Assembly (NCBI GenBank): GCA_040754495.1 | Contig: JBFMCO010000022.1 | Coordinates: 1-64,000 of the forward strand | Direction of reading: 5' to 3' | Source: Candidatus Micrarchaeota archaeon | GTDB lineage: Archaea; Micrarchaeota; Micrarchaeia; Anstonellales; Bilamarchaeaceae | Length of the DNA stretch: 64,000 bases | Part shown: piece by piece, positions 38,101 to 43,515 of the stretch | How the letters are laid out: every line of letters starts with the position of its first letter | How positions within the stretch are numbered: the stretch's first letter is position 1 | Notes under the pieces: model-generated | The model's input: the letters and a program-made list of their open reading frames with translations, nothing else | The model's database searches: none | Told to the model about the DNA's origin: nothing | Program-made: the position numbers and the translations under genes

Positions 38101-40703
38101 CGGTTTATCGGGGAGCGCAGGACCCTGCCAACGCGGCGGATGTCGCGCGCAGGGTGGATGAGCGGATGGGCTGGGAGAACGCCGGCCACATGAGGGCGCT
38201 TGAGCGGAGGTATCCGGACCTCGGCACCCTGCCTCCGCACATGCAGGAGTACAGGGAGCCCCTCGAGCGTGCGCGCAGGCGCATAGCGGGCGGCGAGAAG
38301 CCCGATGACGTTTACCTTGACGAGTCGAAGAGGATGCTGAGGGCTAATCCCCGGGAGAGGGCGAAGGCCGAGGACATAATCACGAGGCACGGGAGGGGCG
38401 TGGCAGACGCCGAGGTGTCCGCGGTCCTGGAGTTCCAGAAGAGAAACGGCATCGCGTCTTTCGAAGATGCGGCGTATGCATTCGTGAGACAGCAGGCCGC
38501 GCCGAAACCTCCAGCGGAACCGCTGCAGCCATCCGAAGCCATTTACCGGAAGCATGAAGCGAATATTTTCGGCCCTGCCCGGGGGCAGCTTGGCAGCGAG
38601 CTCCTTGCCAGCCTGAGGGGCGCTGAGGAGAGGATAGCCGGCATGGTGCCTGAGGGGCCGGAGAGGGAGCGCGCGCTCAAAAGATGGGGCGAGTTTGCAG
38701 ACCGGGCGCTCTCGCGCATCGCCGATCTCCCGGCACCCGAGCGCGCGGACGCGCTGGCGCGCTTCATGATAGCGGGCGACTATCTCCTCACAAGGGCGGC
38801 TGAGAACCCGGCGCGCACGAAGGCATGGCTCGATTTCATCGCCGACAACCCGAACGCCGTCGAATACGCCATGCTCGCCAAACGAGGTCTCGACATAAGG
38901 GCGCAGGACATAGTCGTGGCCGAAATCCGCCCCAGCATCCATGACATGTCTGACAGGAAAGCGCTGAAGAAGGCCCTCGGGAAGAGGGTATCGTTCATGG
39001 AGGACGTGATACGCGAGATACCGGAAAGGTGGTTCATGGAGGCGGGGGTGAGGCGCGATTATATGATGGACCTTGCAGGTTCCGACCCGCTCAGGGCGGC
39101 GGCCGAGCTCGACCGCGTCACGATGCCGCACGGAATCAGTGTTGTGAGGAAGGCAACGGGCGTGTACCTCGCAGAGGTCTCGCACACGTTCTCGCTGCAT
39201 GGCCAGCCGGACATCCGGGGCCTCGTAATAACCGGCGCTTACGGGACGGGCGACATGTTCGACGGCATGACCGCGTATTTCAATCCCCTCAGCGGCAGGA
39301 TTTTCATGCGCGGGACTGCCCATTTCGCGGAGGCCGGCATACCGGAATCCGCGCTTCCGGGCATGAAGATGACGTACGTGCATGAGATGCAGCACCTGCT
39401 CGACAACGCCGGCGGGTATGTCGCGGCACTCTCGGCCAGGTCTGCAGGGCGCGGAATGGCCTTCATGCCGGAATACCGCGCCAGGCTCGAGACCACGGCG
39501 GTCGCGAGAGAGGTCCTGGAGATGGTTCCCCGGCTGGGGGGCCGCGGGACCGAGGATGCCATCAACGCAGCCATCAGGAAGGACCCGGAGGAATACAAGC
39601 AGGCTTACAGGAAGGCGCTGGACGCCATGCGCACAGGCGAGGACGGAAGGCCCGACCCGGACTGGGCGGGCAGGCCGCCCGAGGTTCTGCAGAACCGGCT
39701 GAGGAAGCTTATAGACGACGAATACCGGAGCCTTATGCCGCTGAGCTATACCGAGCTCTACGGGCCGACAACCGCAGGGATCGTCCGCGGGGAGATCACG
39801 GTCAGGAAGCCGGCCGCCCCCGAGGCCGTTCCCTTCAAGCCCGCCGTAGCCGCGGACTCGGCTCCGGGACGCGGGGAGCCGGACCTGCTGCGCTCTGCCA
39901 AGTATGAAAATGGAATCCTGACGATAGAGGCGGATTACCTGGGAGGCGAGCTTGCACATGCGGTGAAGCCGCAATTCGCCGAATCCGCGGTGAATGGCGA
40001 GTTCATCCCTTCCGGCGACAGGACAAAGCCGAGCGGCCTGTGGCTCTCGTGGGGCTCCGGCTGGGATTACTTCACAGGGAGCAACCCCGGCCTGATGTTC
40101 AAAGGCACCGTGAAGTTCAGGGCCGAGATGAGGTCCGGATTGAAGCTCTTCCTGCTTGACGGGCGCGAATCTTTCGATAGCATGATGGCCGAATTCCGGC
40201 GGGAAGTTAAGGTCGCCGAGACAACGGGGAGCGGGTATCCGGATGGCACCTGGCCTGATAACAACTGGGTGTACTACGAGAAGAGCCCATGGCAGTGGCT
40301 TAGGGAAAGGGGCTATGACGGCGTGGCCGTGACGGAGGAGGGATATCTGGATACCAATTTCCAGTTCGGCTGGGACGCGGCCTCCATAGTCATTTTCGAG
40401 CCTGCGGGCAATGTGCGCCTGCCTGGAGGCGAAGCCAGGCTGGAGGAGTACAGGAAGGGTGCCCAGGGCAGCGCGGACGCCATGCTGCCCCTTATTGAAG
40501 AGGCAGGCCTGCCGTTATTCGGCCCGAATAAGGCGTATGACCTCATAGAGGCGTACGCCGGCGGCAGGGCTGAGCGCAGCCCGGGAAAGCGCATCGATGC
40601 CGAGGATGAGGCTTTCCTTAAAAAGCTCCTGGACGAGAAACCGGGCCTTGAAGAGGCTGCGAAAAGGATTATCGAATACGTTAGAAAGAGGGAAGGGGGA
40701 TAG
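20178..40703 (+). CDS. Giant 6,841-aa multidomain effector-like protein
   Basis: Uninterrupted 20.5-kb ORF with recognisable kinase (DRHAGN, DRHTGN, GRGSSADVY/VAVK), HEMQH, GNAT-like and ART-like motifs and a TM block. Confidence 0.93.
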   Translation: MGQKPAERQPEVRDEGVRVAQPQVPMVPREQPRGGANEAAANAATGLGVMGKFAAVLDFIIADPSRAEGRLAEFSRRLEPYRADYPEETRIALGLFGAASRMYREAQDARAHGDTQRAQELEDSARAHFREGMAKAGSVPGMAQDIHSLAGAGASPEWIESRKAAFNDVGLGTWNRAIAIDQAVEWRVKNDAIIDAGGPAAREAEARMRDEAVRLAEGSRQGQAFSEQDYQDTMRRFSEASAPVTALAAHIHGAAALFHQAAMRQGVSEQYTKAMEDLKKEFDKLLKKLEEGTATKEDVEKAKELADAVKAAETDLEGLSGDDAVTVSGIHARGLSALRQGKGEMARVQRQLAREYAKTKDPGMRKKLERWSADLAKGKAPEAELERWLEAQRPAEFRALTTENIKRETAERAGLLREKGYERSHPRETKRIAELDREAAKALEEAKALRKRGDLDGAGKLEAKAFRLLREARAKVLWLERLDRFQARLAGIKEPPEMKKAAEEVSKALGGAFNFIGTQDGWRARLAFIAADVFIRYGKVLQSKPAAPLLKGILSIVGILSDPRKKVDEKRAQEEVGRLEPKALSAELGGLKGKVDDKAHSKLTDAVKAASGFIGTNQQWRAAYLLRGVKFFLDNREKIGTRGKLFEGIMGFLGRLADPKGEIGEEEAKREFARITGIPAEAPAQAGGRREAALTVAGLKQAGEGFEKRLRAIPGHEEQVRSITETVKLAGEEFRAGNVKKAQELLALAEKKAAALEGVVEREKRIDASGAPEEAREKLKKAGLAAFNDLGKQSGGRFDTVVKATDLFLGGMERKLWLQPGGETAALKLLDFIGRLGEGALQGLEFDSQAAESELSDISAQAGELWKAMLGASITEWLRLIEGWRTMGGLGTANAKFLDDLAESYRALQKRLEEGAKAEDIEQEASALEARAEHAKKIGEELEERERAVAVFRGDVEDFKADTAAFRASERFKKYAADAEPYVKKAEEWEEKAATFMAEAEKLEGDAKAEMIKRAADAVKRSEELLGHAGKIIGLREAGASDEVVSAYRKAANSYIAVFEPAPPGLAGEAQIFPDDVLAYAAIVFSAADSYLFFRKHGRAEAEKRAERLVLGTTFASRIADAEAELRGLDGEMEYAEAIDSDTAARKQKLMDSATELRGDKRKVPKPREGSAEWYGQMALDALERGDFAVADLAVYRGMFEKVAPGGGRNYVPEDIERDISAVLRGEKVPAAGELDRYLTLIDSASLTAQADLLKRDNPVSGSAEERERKQRVHKLAEEIKRRADAHDFAGAERLLEMATVYTGLARDKKWKAFAGADRMEAALDAELAGGDHSGEFQAAVVYQKASEETASFRASLADWGAGLAENKKLVERGLLRVEQLVSEGKTEEAGALFGQLMLYAGAVRTFAAPKKRDVIPGFDPAYDSSKLGGMGLALDALIKGEAEVGGKKPEEVFSQSFLETQREYLNKRADAYLRLSEKMPVGAETVGQGLAEVRRRAAEGDFEGALRLLEMAGNYYGEAAPGKQAGWRYRDATRKGPGYERGRQDMLNAISMEIAAKDPADHDEALETFNSGSQRISVAKAAIERYEIVERNIYNALPTAVIDEWDHHGTIALRGEPTPENEEGPVLGRVSMEKIRRYESEHPDDTALGGGLSLKTLLTKMKKAAEEGDDEAFRKYEKAFFSRLYLVAGRILRREQLEENRQEVKKYIEVLEGFTAAITIDQLVPYGWLEGDDERLKKVTALEKQLKNNEISKAEFESKLNVILSERLQMIEQNKFTDKVPGPMRETVRQLAPRAKALLERARGLYGKLEKMDNNSSEFPLEEYKQVVKDLSALTEEYQTQRKISVAYSHIDQQLQMNKSYHEAIAGEGALASDYPDAYGRAVKFLGFSNGHFKKAQELLLKGEFKQAGAEFERGINRREWALMEADPNVLFGQANTYLGNLPISMLTGVPIIPESTTAMDEVSMIKHRPGWGVLKLAARGRGEDPYKYTYGWAKQQMENDQDVNLGNPARPDYVKDPQQSWAYYNYSPITEYGADFMGYEELGGRLWNSVLEGDGRKVQRYQKQMLVMEASVFYIPVDTFIDGINSKITYKDWQKRIHFQAMYNGDLAYDELFGDWGLMDARTGAKIAEGVGMFALSIATMGLGSVGFVVGGGKMLWDAIDGIQKDLAKYGEVTTMSWVNLGLTVVGLGASAAAGRLVKASQTAIEAAKLGDAAKFTTQVARAGRFATAARVVAYTDITVNVIGMVPQFYYGIKLMAEGKYAEGTQQLAFGAFSAFMAYHGGVQQLRGMRGLKTEIAKMGALREAHAKAPEVFASLSTPEGMFSFLQRVRARDPVSLVIYDNLPKPQRILFDGMLADRNVVSALKKNDIGLARGAFDSGLETFKQLSDLGGTRALTDAAHLGTQAGLEPFMRDLLIPESATGPQRTRRDAAYARLGEMKKRPETAEAAATIETLLKDKDVQKGNETGVLKIGWAADEIRSQQMQTINRYTDSVVSGEQARLGLYSSEGEAARANAKRIGDSYLAYARARSEGKPFDWDYHAKRMGMGPEDAKKLFAKLDAVPDARTVAGVISREGVRQAVRNRVALDGRAILGDTPLTELAGEGALFSRWGELTPEDLFGMALNRRERAAEELEGAGRETDGRLAAAKRERATALSREADALDAEVKRRQAPEEVLTPDSLRSGAKEKFGRAQRLRSEGRDEEAFALESEARRSIALAADLEKFGEYGIVRATPDGQFIHRDFPDRRFTRAELDDAAILVRAIRKRGVPTDKRLLAIYDALPKEVKKDYRGGEDALMKSVLDVIYSRRGQAAEAAAPVLRSEELPVPSDPALAAVAGMTVPGTNLRWGVIPPDQVLQWQAKVYEAYKAAYGKIGLIYDSPEAMFAKNPEVLVATDGEGRIVAFTILKKTAFGTKLSLVGAVPDIPEGRAAARAMIQGFPALEGAYITAPGAPAHLAIKAGVPVVPYDSARIIQGEVPAEAGSPGAYQNGEGKWVRQEAQRGDGPEGMAAISRMPGFADSELVKHAIAQDGVKPGAKPEELTWNDLVEQAVKMGELPDRPEVRQNAFAVPMVINGKPEIVVKVMFGKPPADALEVRSVLQSRGIGGQVAADAINLYKIFNGEQVPLEVASRYMDVTLHDQYTRIKQEKIASGMPETKADAEALVEVAKSMAPRAGEGGLEAGGPISQEGVELLRMAEGKLDLVEGLTGADVAKATLDWSQPRLEMLRILTVEGSPYRERFLAADPAERAVIADAIARGATPERAFLKAAEGMVPADGRKLLEVGERLKGLPEAERNLRLRDLESLNPALGRMLKRLADPATPETVKQEIAAEWDSAVAGAERHKRVNEARAARDAAQLAEQELALLKGTPDEQAAGRVPAWIESAAKARGKDPAALHEALVKAYGEGGTEGRLRVLNELGALGGMPEGVRSTFVQNSPEFFELIVRGGLEGRVAAMPGFEGGIIVNAEKLEGLRGAYKIDVEMPDGSKRSLFVKAEDLVPAQLGSELAGGHGLLPPVIHAADGQGMPFTYDTGIRYTDPVSGQETAHMQEFGIMEDVHDYATARHSDVIMLPDGRSAQVTVESVAVVSREVFADPARMQAILADEHHPAHKVVKAFWELAKTEEGRQRIFQAWRAYHELSRRAMLLDRFDRNTVAVLVTTPEGESVLTFQPIDMDYVAGKIGSDGDLRFFNDDFASASVDFATKIAGAAGVPAETVLGEMAKAYGSDSVFPREAADERAAAAASVRATLNKYDGKPFGAGYDVEDYGKTIGKDYVEYGGRDRIVGRRDGRAILHAGDITPLGERIGGAEAEADFSRFNREKFERMAKPLEEAAPPPAVEAQPPAGEKTPPGKRGAGNVTPPARPGAMRGAPAGGPRTVPGKRGAGGGEPVAAPGGRRKVAIGGGEVELEPAPERAPELAAMKISEDELSQLGVSYQGLYQDGAGRRLNVFETEAGGERRLVAIPADLSGKAMLDAIGAEVRALGRPTELPPELRGMPPDVSSQVGMDGAPKARLLSSEPLGRGSSADVYLAEMVIDGRPTRVAVKIYKNPEGNGTWQERAEYFADEVRKAKILGDAGLGPKVFGIADAGGNMAFAMEVIEGKPMYIDEMAPGLRAKYINEDTFAQVRKMYDELIAHGYEIGDFDFMILTEGPNAGRVVFLDAGALREVPRGAQGEPRPRYGDGAKRAEGGRLQAEAMTAMEYFTKMDRDELAAVAEVSKGLLGQGHVDSDTMRLLAVRWGSREGRARAIGEYITSIAGADEQKAKATFDALKRIEAETGIRLLPDGARFEDLAARAGEGEISEAEIIAPMSGDDYHAALAGMRTQAARESVALHFSGRGEIPDAATFENAAILADEAAGAKVPEQGQAELSVYYDGNGRIIGIADNERLFYGDPKAINDKTPEAKVRVDLESGRIVSMDERGMKNPLLADLVGLRILPGKGAEGAGPGGRGPPPLPPMKVLDEGSIVSAYASGTGQAQRTRAARSFVMLDGEGQGRVISELRSQGRHEEARHLTELQAIGGEAGAGIERVYGIPRDEIITIYAREPTAQGARKALAERLGIVILPFEWEHYPADRRQWVSVPYRDFRSFEDDHFLFGLITSGNMIDTVSQMYPGGRIASIEYHNGAIGAYEVAIRTQNGETRTVFVKRQDLRPDAAGSDYSVRSGVPAPEVITSAGGRELTYVGPDGEVSRYGIITNMRDFGGMMRFGGVEAQVRATDETALWDLDRSPLAGSLMSQDPQVRAKFWEELGYMLAGSYATGIWDRHAGNARAMVLEVQNADAHTNPADQSSPTVGEALSQKGYWVWQQDGKTYMFMIGGIDTDTAANYLAGEAHGSFDMTGMNIRYGYVDLHSLFNRLATIRGTSVDALVMEAFGDVSGGQVPGPVAMGMKRWWRDFGSDPHYADEMAGRFSSHEGESIGFGYPRTEQELDVIRQGGVLHQENPQNGDPYTIIAFADGRSRMRPEYEIVHREDIEALDPRIAAMFPPGRDMYAVEITGEVRKAVPDIDKRTNRIRTSDGRMVAIIDSADPLAKTLLDGGIPMVKARRDMPRQGEVAVDDATGIIRAAPGFGKLTGIQAYQAGPVPVFRAMMGAGEGFMLGQFAHIGHYILAKETSVREAAQVPAGVVAGEIEAPGIERMPAPAQVEGVRGGMRDLVGAVRSGDEGRIRAAEAEYDKRLGVLARLRPDTELRVVENETLFADLAPGGQAQAKVLAADYLRNRSAGKKLDGDLLVIDYLVSHGMNAVDAAAAVVNLGGAGKAPAPVTLPPYVAEHFGTRQPDPVTAENALILAGDRNTLGRLGIPDGLGRVLKSEGMAVVSEGKRMTEVRGYYDLESGRIIYLGRTDAPREVTAGGVEFVLRFDHESGRVSIPESEDVPLPDSIARLNGMRIAPPPQAVPFGVFGIFMPLFKYFRKPPAAAPQPEAVPIKVPRSRNDIQGRAEGIRGLPPDQQAQELAGLHDAVAAEHGDVYARNYRDMMEELVKHPEHSGRILDEWEAVRAEEKHYEALERARRYAFSAAEGFGIVRGQDRKLISGGEYAADMARSRGEKPKAFRKRLLEAYDAGFRRGGVLDARLGVANSLGVLDNIVVESRPGVLDEKRTMQARKEFIRKNPEFFDLIMRGGLEEVISANLGAGDVRIAGVSHAGGMARGAYGVEVLLPDGRRKRVFVKLEDLGPAAFGADLARVEGMIAPKVFTADSQGRPLSYDVSYKDPIGKRMVSGQRRFGIMLDVRDTVGQKARVRTADGRFREITVTSVALVGDDIFNARSLDGIPQPSRAAAEDFWTAMGSEGGREEMFRTWYAYQEMSRRATLSDRHTGNSMYVIGVTSDGETVRTFQPIDPDDIGAKVEARPEGMNFSEFNDFSALYTSNFVNGLYLASDNAASLGLLKSPINRAQASRAASSDAAMSGWRLPEDPGWVRSAAEFIIMDYDGKPFGLGTDMTIGGHGSYIKYHAGRRRAAGYDGRVRMYSDEMLAVYRGAQDPANAADVARRVDERMGWENAGHMRALERRYPDLGTLPPHMQEYREPLERARRRIAGGEKPDDVYLDESKRMLRANPRERAKAEDIITRHGRGVADAEVSAVLEFQKRNGIASFEDAAYAFVRQQAAPKPPAEPLQPSEAIYRKHEANIFGPARGQLGSELLASLRGAEERIAGMVPEGPERERALKRWGEFADRALSRIADLPAPERADALARFMIAGDYLLTRAAENPARTKAWLDFIADNPNAVEYAMLAKRGLDIRAQDIVVAEIRPSIHDMSDRKALKKALGKRVSFMEDVIREIPERWFMEAGVRRDYMMDLAGSDPLRAAAELDRVTMPHGISVVRKATGVYLAEVSHTFSLHGQPDIRGLVITGAYGTGDMFDGMTAYFNPLSGRIFMRGTAHFAEAGIPESALPGMKMTYVHEMQHLLDNAGGYVAALSARSAGRGMAFMPEYRARLETTAVAREVLEMVPRLGGRGTEDAINAAIRKDPEEYKQAYRKALDAMRTGEDGRPDPDWAGRPPEVLQNRLRKLIDDEYRSLMPLSYTELYGPTTAGIVRGEITVRKPAAPEAVPFKPAVAADSAPGRGEPDLLRSAKYENGILTIEADYLGGELAHAVKPQFAESAVNGEFIPSGDRTKPSGLWLSWGSGWDYFTGSNPGLMFKGTVKFRAEMRSGLKLFLLDGRESFDSMMAEFRREVKVAETTGSGYPDGTWPDNNWVYYEKSPWQWLRERGYDGVAVTEEGYLDTNFQFGWDAASIVIFEPAGNVRLPGGEARLEEYRKGAQGSADAMLPLIEEAGLPLFGPNKAYDLIEAYAGGRAERSPGKRIDAEDEAFLKKLLDEKPGLEEAAKRIIEYVRKREGG

Positions 40704-40721
40704 CTGCCGCTGGAAGGGGAC

Positions 40722-41264
40722 TCAGGGCACGGCCTGCCCGTTTATCACGAAGCTGAATTTCTGCCTCTCCTTCTCAAGCGCCTTCACGGTTTCCAGAGAG
40801 TCCTTCAGCATGCGCAGGAAAGGCTCCCAGGAGCCGCTGCCGGAATGGATGCTGCGGATGGCCTCGGAAACGACGACCTTCCTTTTCTTGTCCACGAAAG
40901 TGCAGTAGATGCTGCTTCCCCGGCGCCTGACATCGATGCCGTATTCCGCGAAATCCTCCTCCGGCGGAAGTGTGGCGCCGAGCGCGAGCGCGGATGCGAC
41001 GGATTCTATCCCCTTCCTCGGCTCGGACGAATAGGACTGGACGCCGACGCCGTCCTTGAGATAAAGGCTGTCCGGAATCCTGAGGAGCGGCTCCAGCTCC
41101 CGGGGCATCCCGCCGGCGATTTCCGCGAGGGTGTCCATGAGGCGCTCTTTAGTTGCGCGGTCCCGCAGGAGCGGATCTGCCAGCATCTTCTGGAACCTTT
41201 TTTCGCCTATGTCCGTTACGGTTGCTCCGGCCGTTTTCTTTTTTCTCTTTCCTGCCATCGTCAC
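40722..41264 (-). CDS. Hypothetical protein, paralog family A
   Basis: LLRIPDSLY...YGIDVRRRGSSIYCTFVDKKRKVVV...GSW shared with 42365-42895. Confidence 0.75.
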   Translation of the reverse strand: MTMAGKRKKKTAGATVTDIGEKRFQKMLADPLLRDRATKERLMDTLAEIAGGMPRELEPLLRIPDSLYLKDGVGVQSYSSEPRKGIESVASALALGATLPPEEDFAEYGIDVRRRGSSIYCTFVDKKRKVVVSEAIRSIHSGSGSWEPFLRMLKDSLETVKALEKERQKFSFVINGQAVP

Positions 41265-41809
41265 ACCAGGTACATGTCGCCGCAGTCGCTGACCGCTACT
41301 CTCCCCGGCTTCGCCTTCGCGGCTGCCTCGGCGGCCCTTATCGCGCCAGCGACTTCCGCCCAGTCCTTTTTTTGCGGCTTGTCCATATAGCGCATGAGCG
41401 GCTCCCTCACCATTATCCTCCGGCCCATGTCCGCGAGCACGAGATAGACTGTGCTTGTCGTCTCATAGACGGCGATGCCGTATCCCATGTCGGGCTTCCG
41501 GTCCATATGGCCGGATGAAAGGAAACGCGCCAGGACAGCGTTTATCCCGAACCCGGCGTCATCCGAAAGCGTGATTGCATTACCGGCCTCGCGCCGGTAA
41601 AGGCGCGCGGGGAGCGCAAGCGCCGCCTTGACATCCTCGCTCCAGTTCTGCGCGTATCCTGCAAGGCCCGAAGCGGCGTCCTCCCGCGACACGGAGGCAG
41701 GTGGCGCAGCTTCTGCAAGATGGCCTTCAGTGGCGCCGGCCTTCGCGATGAACGGCTTTTCCGGCGGAGGCAGGGGCACTGGACCGCGGGCATCCCTTTT
41801 CTTTGGCAT
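41261..41809 (-). CDS. Hypothetical protein, paralog family A
   Basis: LALPARLY...YGIAVYE..STVYLVLADMGRRIMV; 4-nt overlap with the next gene. Confidence 0.7.
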   Translation of the reverse strand: MPKKRDARGPVPLPPPEKPFIAKAGATEGHLAEAAPPASVSREDAASGLAGYAQNWSEDVKAALALPARLYRREAGNAITLSDDAGFGINAVLARFLSSGHMDRKPDMGYGIAVYETTSTVYLVLADMGRRIMVREPLMRYMDKPQKKDWAEVAGAIRAAEAAAKAKPGRVAVSDCGDMYLV

Positions 41810-41841
41810 GAGTAAAACTTGCGATGAACCGTTTAAAATGG

Positions 41842-42339
41842 CTAGGTCGCCTCGATGAGCCGCCAGTAGGTGTTGTTGTCGAGGATGTTCCTCGCCTTCG
41901 CGAGGTCGGCCGGGGGAATCTGCGCCCCCGTATCCAGCGCCTTCTTCACCGAGCGCAGGAATGCGAGGTCGGCCCGGGCGGCGGTTATGCAGCCCTGGAC
42001 GATGCGTTCTATCTTGCCCTTGGCTTCCTCCCGCGACGCCTCCCCGCTTTCCAAGGATACCTCGATTTTTGACGGGTCTGCCAGGCTCCTGAAAACCACG
42101 CCGGAGCCGCCAAGCTCGTCTTTCTTCCCTCCGGCCATGCCCCGGACGAAGCTCTCGACGCCCCTCCGGAGGACGCCTGCCCCGTTCTCCAGGTCCCGCT
42201 CGAGGTATTCGATTTTGCCATCAATCCCGCGGGCAAGGCCGGCCATCTCCAGGCCCTCGCCTTTTTCCGGGGCGGCGCCTCTTGACGGGAATTTTCCTGA
42301 ATCGCGCTTTTTCGGGAAGGGAATCACCTTTCTCTCCAT
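41842..42339 (-). CDS. Hypothetical coiled-coil protein
   Basis: 165-aa helical ORF within the same-strand cluster. Confidence 0.6.
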   Translation of the reverse strand: MERKVIPFPKKRDSGKFPSRGAAPEKGEGLEMAGLARGIDGKIEYLERDLENGAGVLRRGVESFVRGMAGGKKDELGGSGVVFRSLADPSKIEVSLESGEASREEAKGKIERIVQGCITAARADLAFLRSVKKALDTGAQIPPADLAKARNILDNNTYWRLIEAT

Positions 42340-42364
42340 GGGGGGTTATTGGCGAATCGGGATT

Positions 42365-42895
42365 TTAAATTGAGCTAACCGAGCCTTCTTTCACAATCAC
42401 GAACTCGAAGCGCCTGCCGCTGCGCCTGTAGGACTCGGCGAGCCTGAGCGCCTGGGAGAGGCTGTCCAGGAATCCGGTCCAGGAACCGGTGCTGACGTAC
42501 ATGTTCTTTATGTCGTCGAACACGACTACGCCCCGCTTCCGGTCCACCAGCGTGCAGAAGGTGTTGTCGCCCCGCGAGCTGATGTGTATGCCATAATCCG
42601 GAAGGCCGGGCGGGAACCCTGAGCCCAGCATGAGCGCCCCTGCGGCTTTCGCCGCGCCTTTCTCGGCATCAGATGAGAAGGACGATTCGCCGGTGCGGTA
42701 AAGCCTGGCAGGGATTCCAAGAAGGTGGGCCTGCTCGTCGCTCATCGGGACGATTCTCCGCAGCTGTCCGATGCACTCTTCCCGCGTTACTGAATTGGCG
42801 TCGGTCATATTGCGCCTCCTCCTCCACTCCGCAAGGTCCGTCATCCCCGACTCGCGCTCCGGCGCGCCGGAGGAGCGGCCCTTCCCGCCAAGCAT
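42365..42895 (-). CDS. Hypothetical protein, paralog family A
   Basis: LLGIPARLY...YGIHISSRGDNTFCTLVDRKRGVVV...GSW; alternative start 42844. Confidence 0.75.
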   Translation of the reverse strand: MLGGKGRSSGAPERESGMTDLAEWRRRRNMTDANSVTREECIGQLRRIVPMSDEQAHLLGIPARLYRTGESSFSSDAEKGAAKAAGALMLGSGFPPGLPDYGIHISSRGDNTFCTLVDRKRGVVVFDDIKNMYVSTGSWTGFLDSLSQALRLAESYRRSGRRFEFVIVKEGSVSSI

Positions 42896-42935
42896 GCCAT
42901 CTAACTCTTGCGAAGATATTTTAATGGGGCACGGA

Positions 42936-43460
42936 CTAGCGGCCCGTCCTGATTCTGTCCGCGAAGCGCTCCATGGAGCAGGATGGGTTCCCGGGGTCGC
43001 GGACCGCCATCTCCAGCTCCTTGAGCCGCAATCCGTCGGGATGGGCGCGGTCTATGAAGCGCGCGATAATTTTTCCGCCCTCTTCATGGAGCGAGAGATA
43101 CCAGTATTTCACCCACTGCGAGATGTCGCCGAGAGTCTCGCCTTCCATGCGCGGCCTCTGCCTCGACGACTTGGTGTCGCAGAGCTCGAGGCCGCCCTCG
43201 AAGCGGGAGAGCCGGACCTTCGGCGGGAACGCGAGCGCCACGTAGATGTCGAAGCCCGGCTCTGCGCCGAGCGTCCTGCAAAGCTCGGCGATGGCTTGCC
43301 GGGCCTCCACGGTCTTCCGCATGGGTATCGGCCAGCCGGGGCTCGCCTTCCCGGCACGGTCGCCTTCCGGTTTCATGGCATCCAGCTCCCGCCTGGGGGG
43401 CCGGCCTGGCTTTTCCGGCGTGTCCGTTTCGCGGGGCGGGCCGGTGATCCTTTTGACCAT
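42936..43460 (-). CDS. Hypothetical protein, possible distant family A member
   Basis: LAFPPKV and WYLSLHEEGGKIIARFIDR weakly echo the family pattern. Confidence 0.55.
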   Translation of the reverse strand: MVKRITGPPRETDTPEKPGRPPRRELDAMKPEGDRAGKASPGWPIPMRKTVEARQAIAELCRTLGAEPGFDIYVALAFPPKVRLSRFEGGLELCDTKSSRQRPRMEGETLGDISQWVKYWYLSLHEEGGKIIARFIDRAHPDGLRLKELEMAVRDPGNPSCSMERFADRIRTGR

Positions 43461-43515
43461 AGGATATTACTTATGGTTATCAACATTTTTAAACAGAATT
43501 AATGACATATTGTGC

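Noticed and set aside
20178-40703. Giant protein as an S-layer, adhesin, RHS or tape-measure protein
   Set aside because: No signal peptide, beta-repeats, YD repeats or phage structural genes nearby; it contains several enzyme motifs instead
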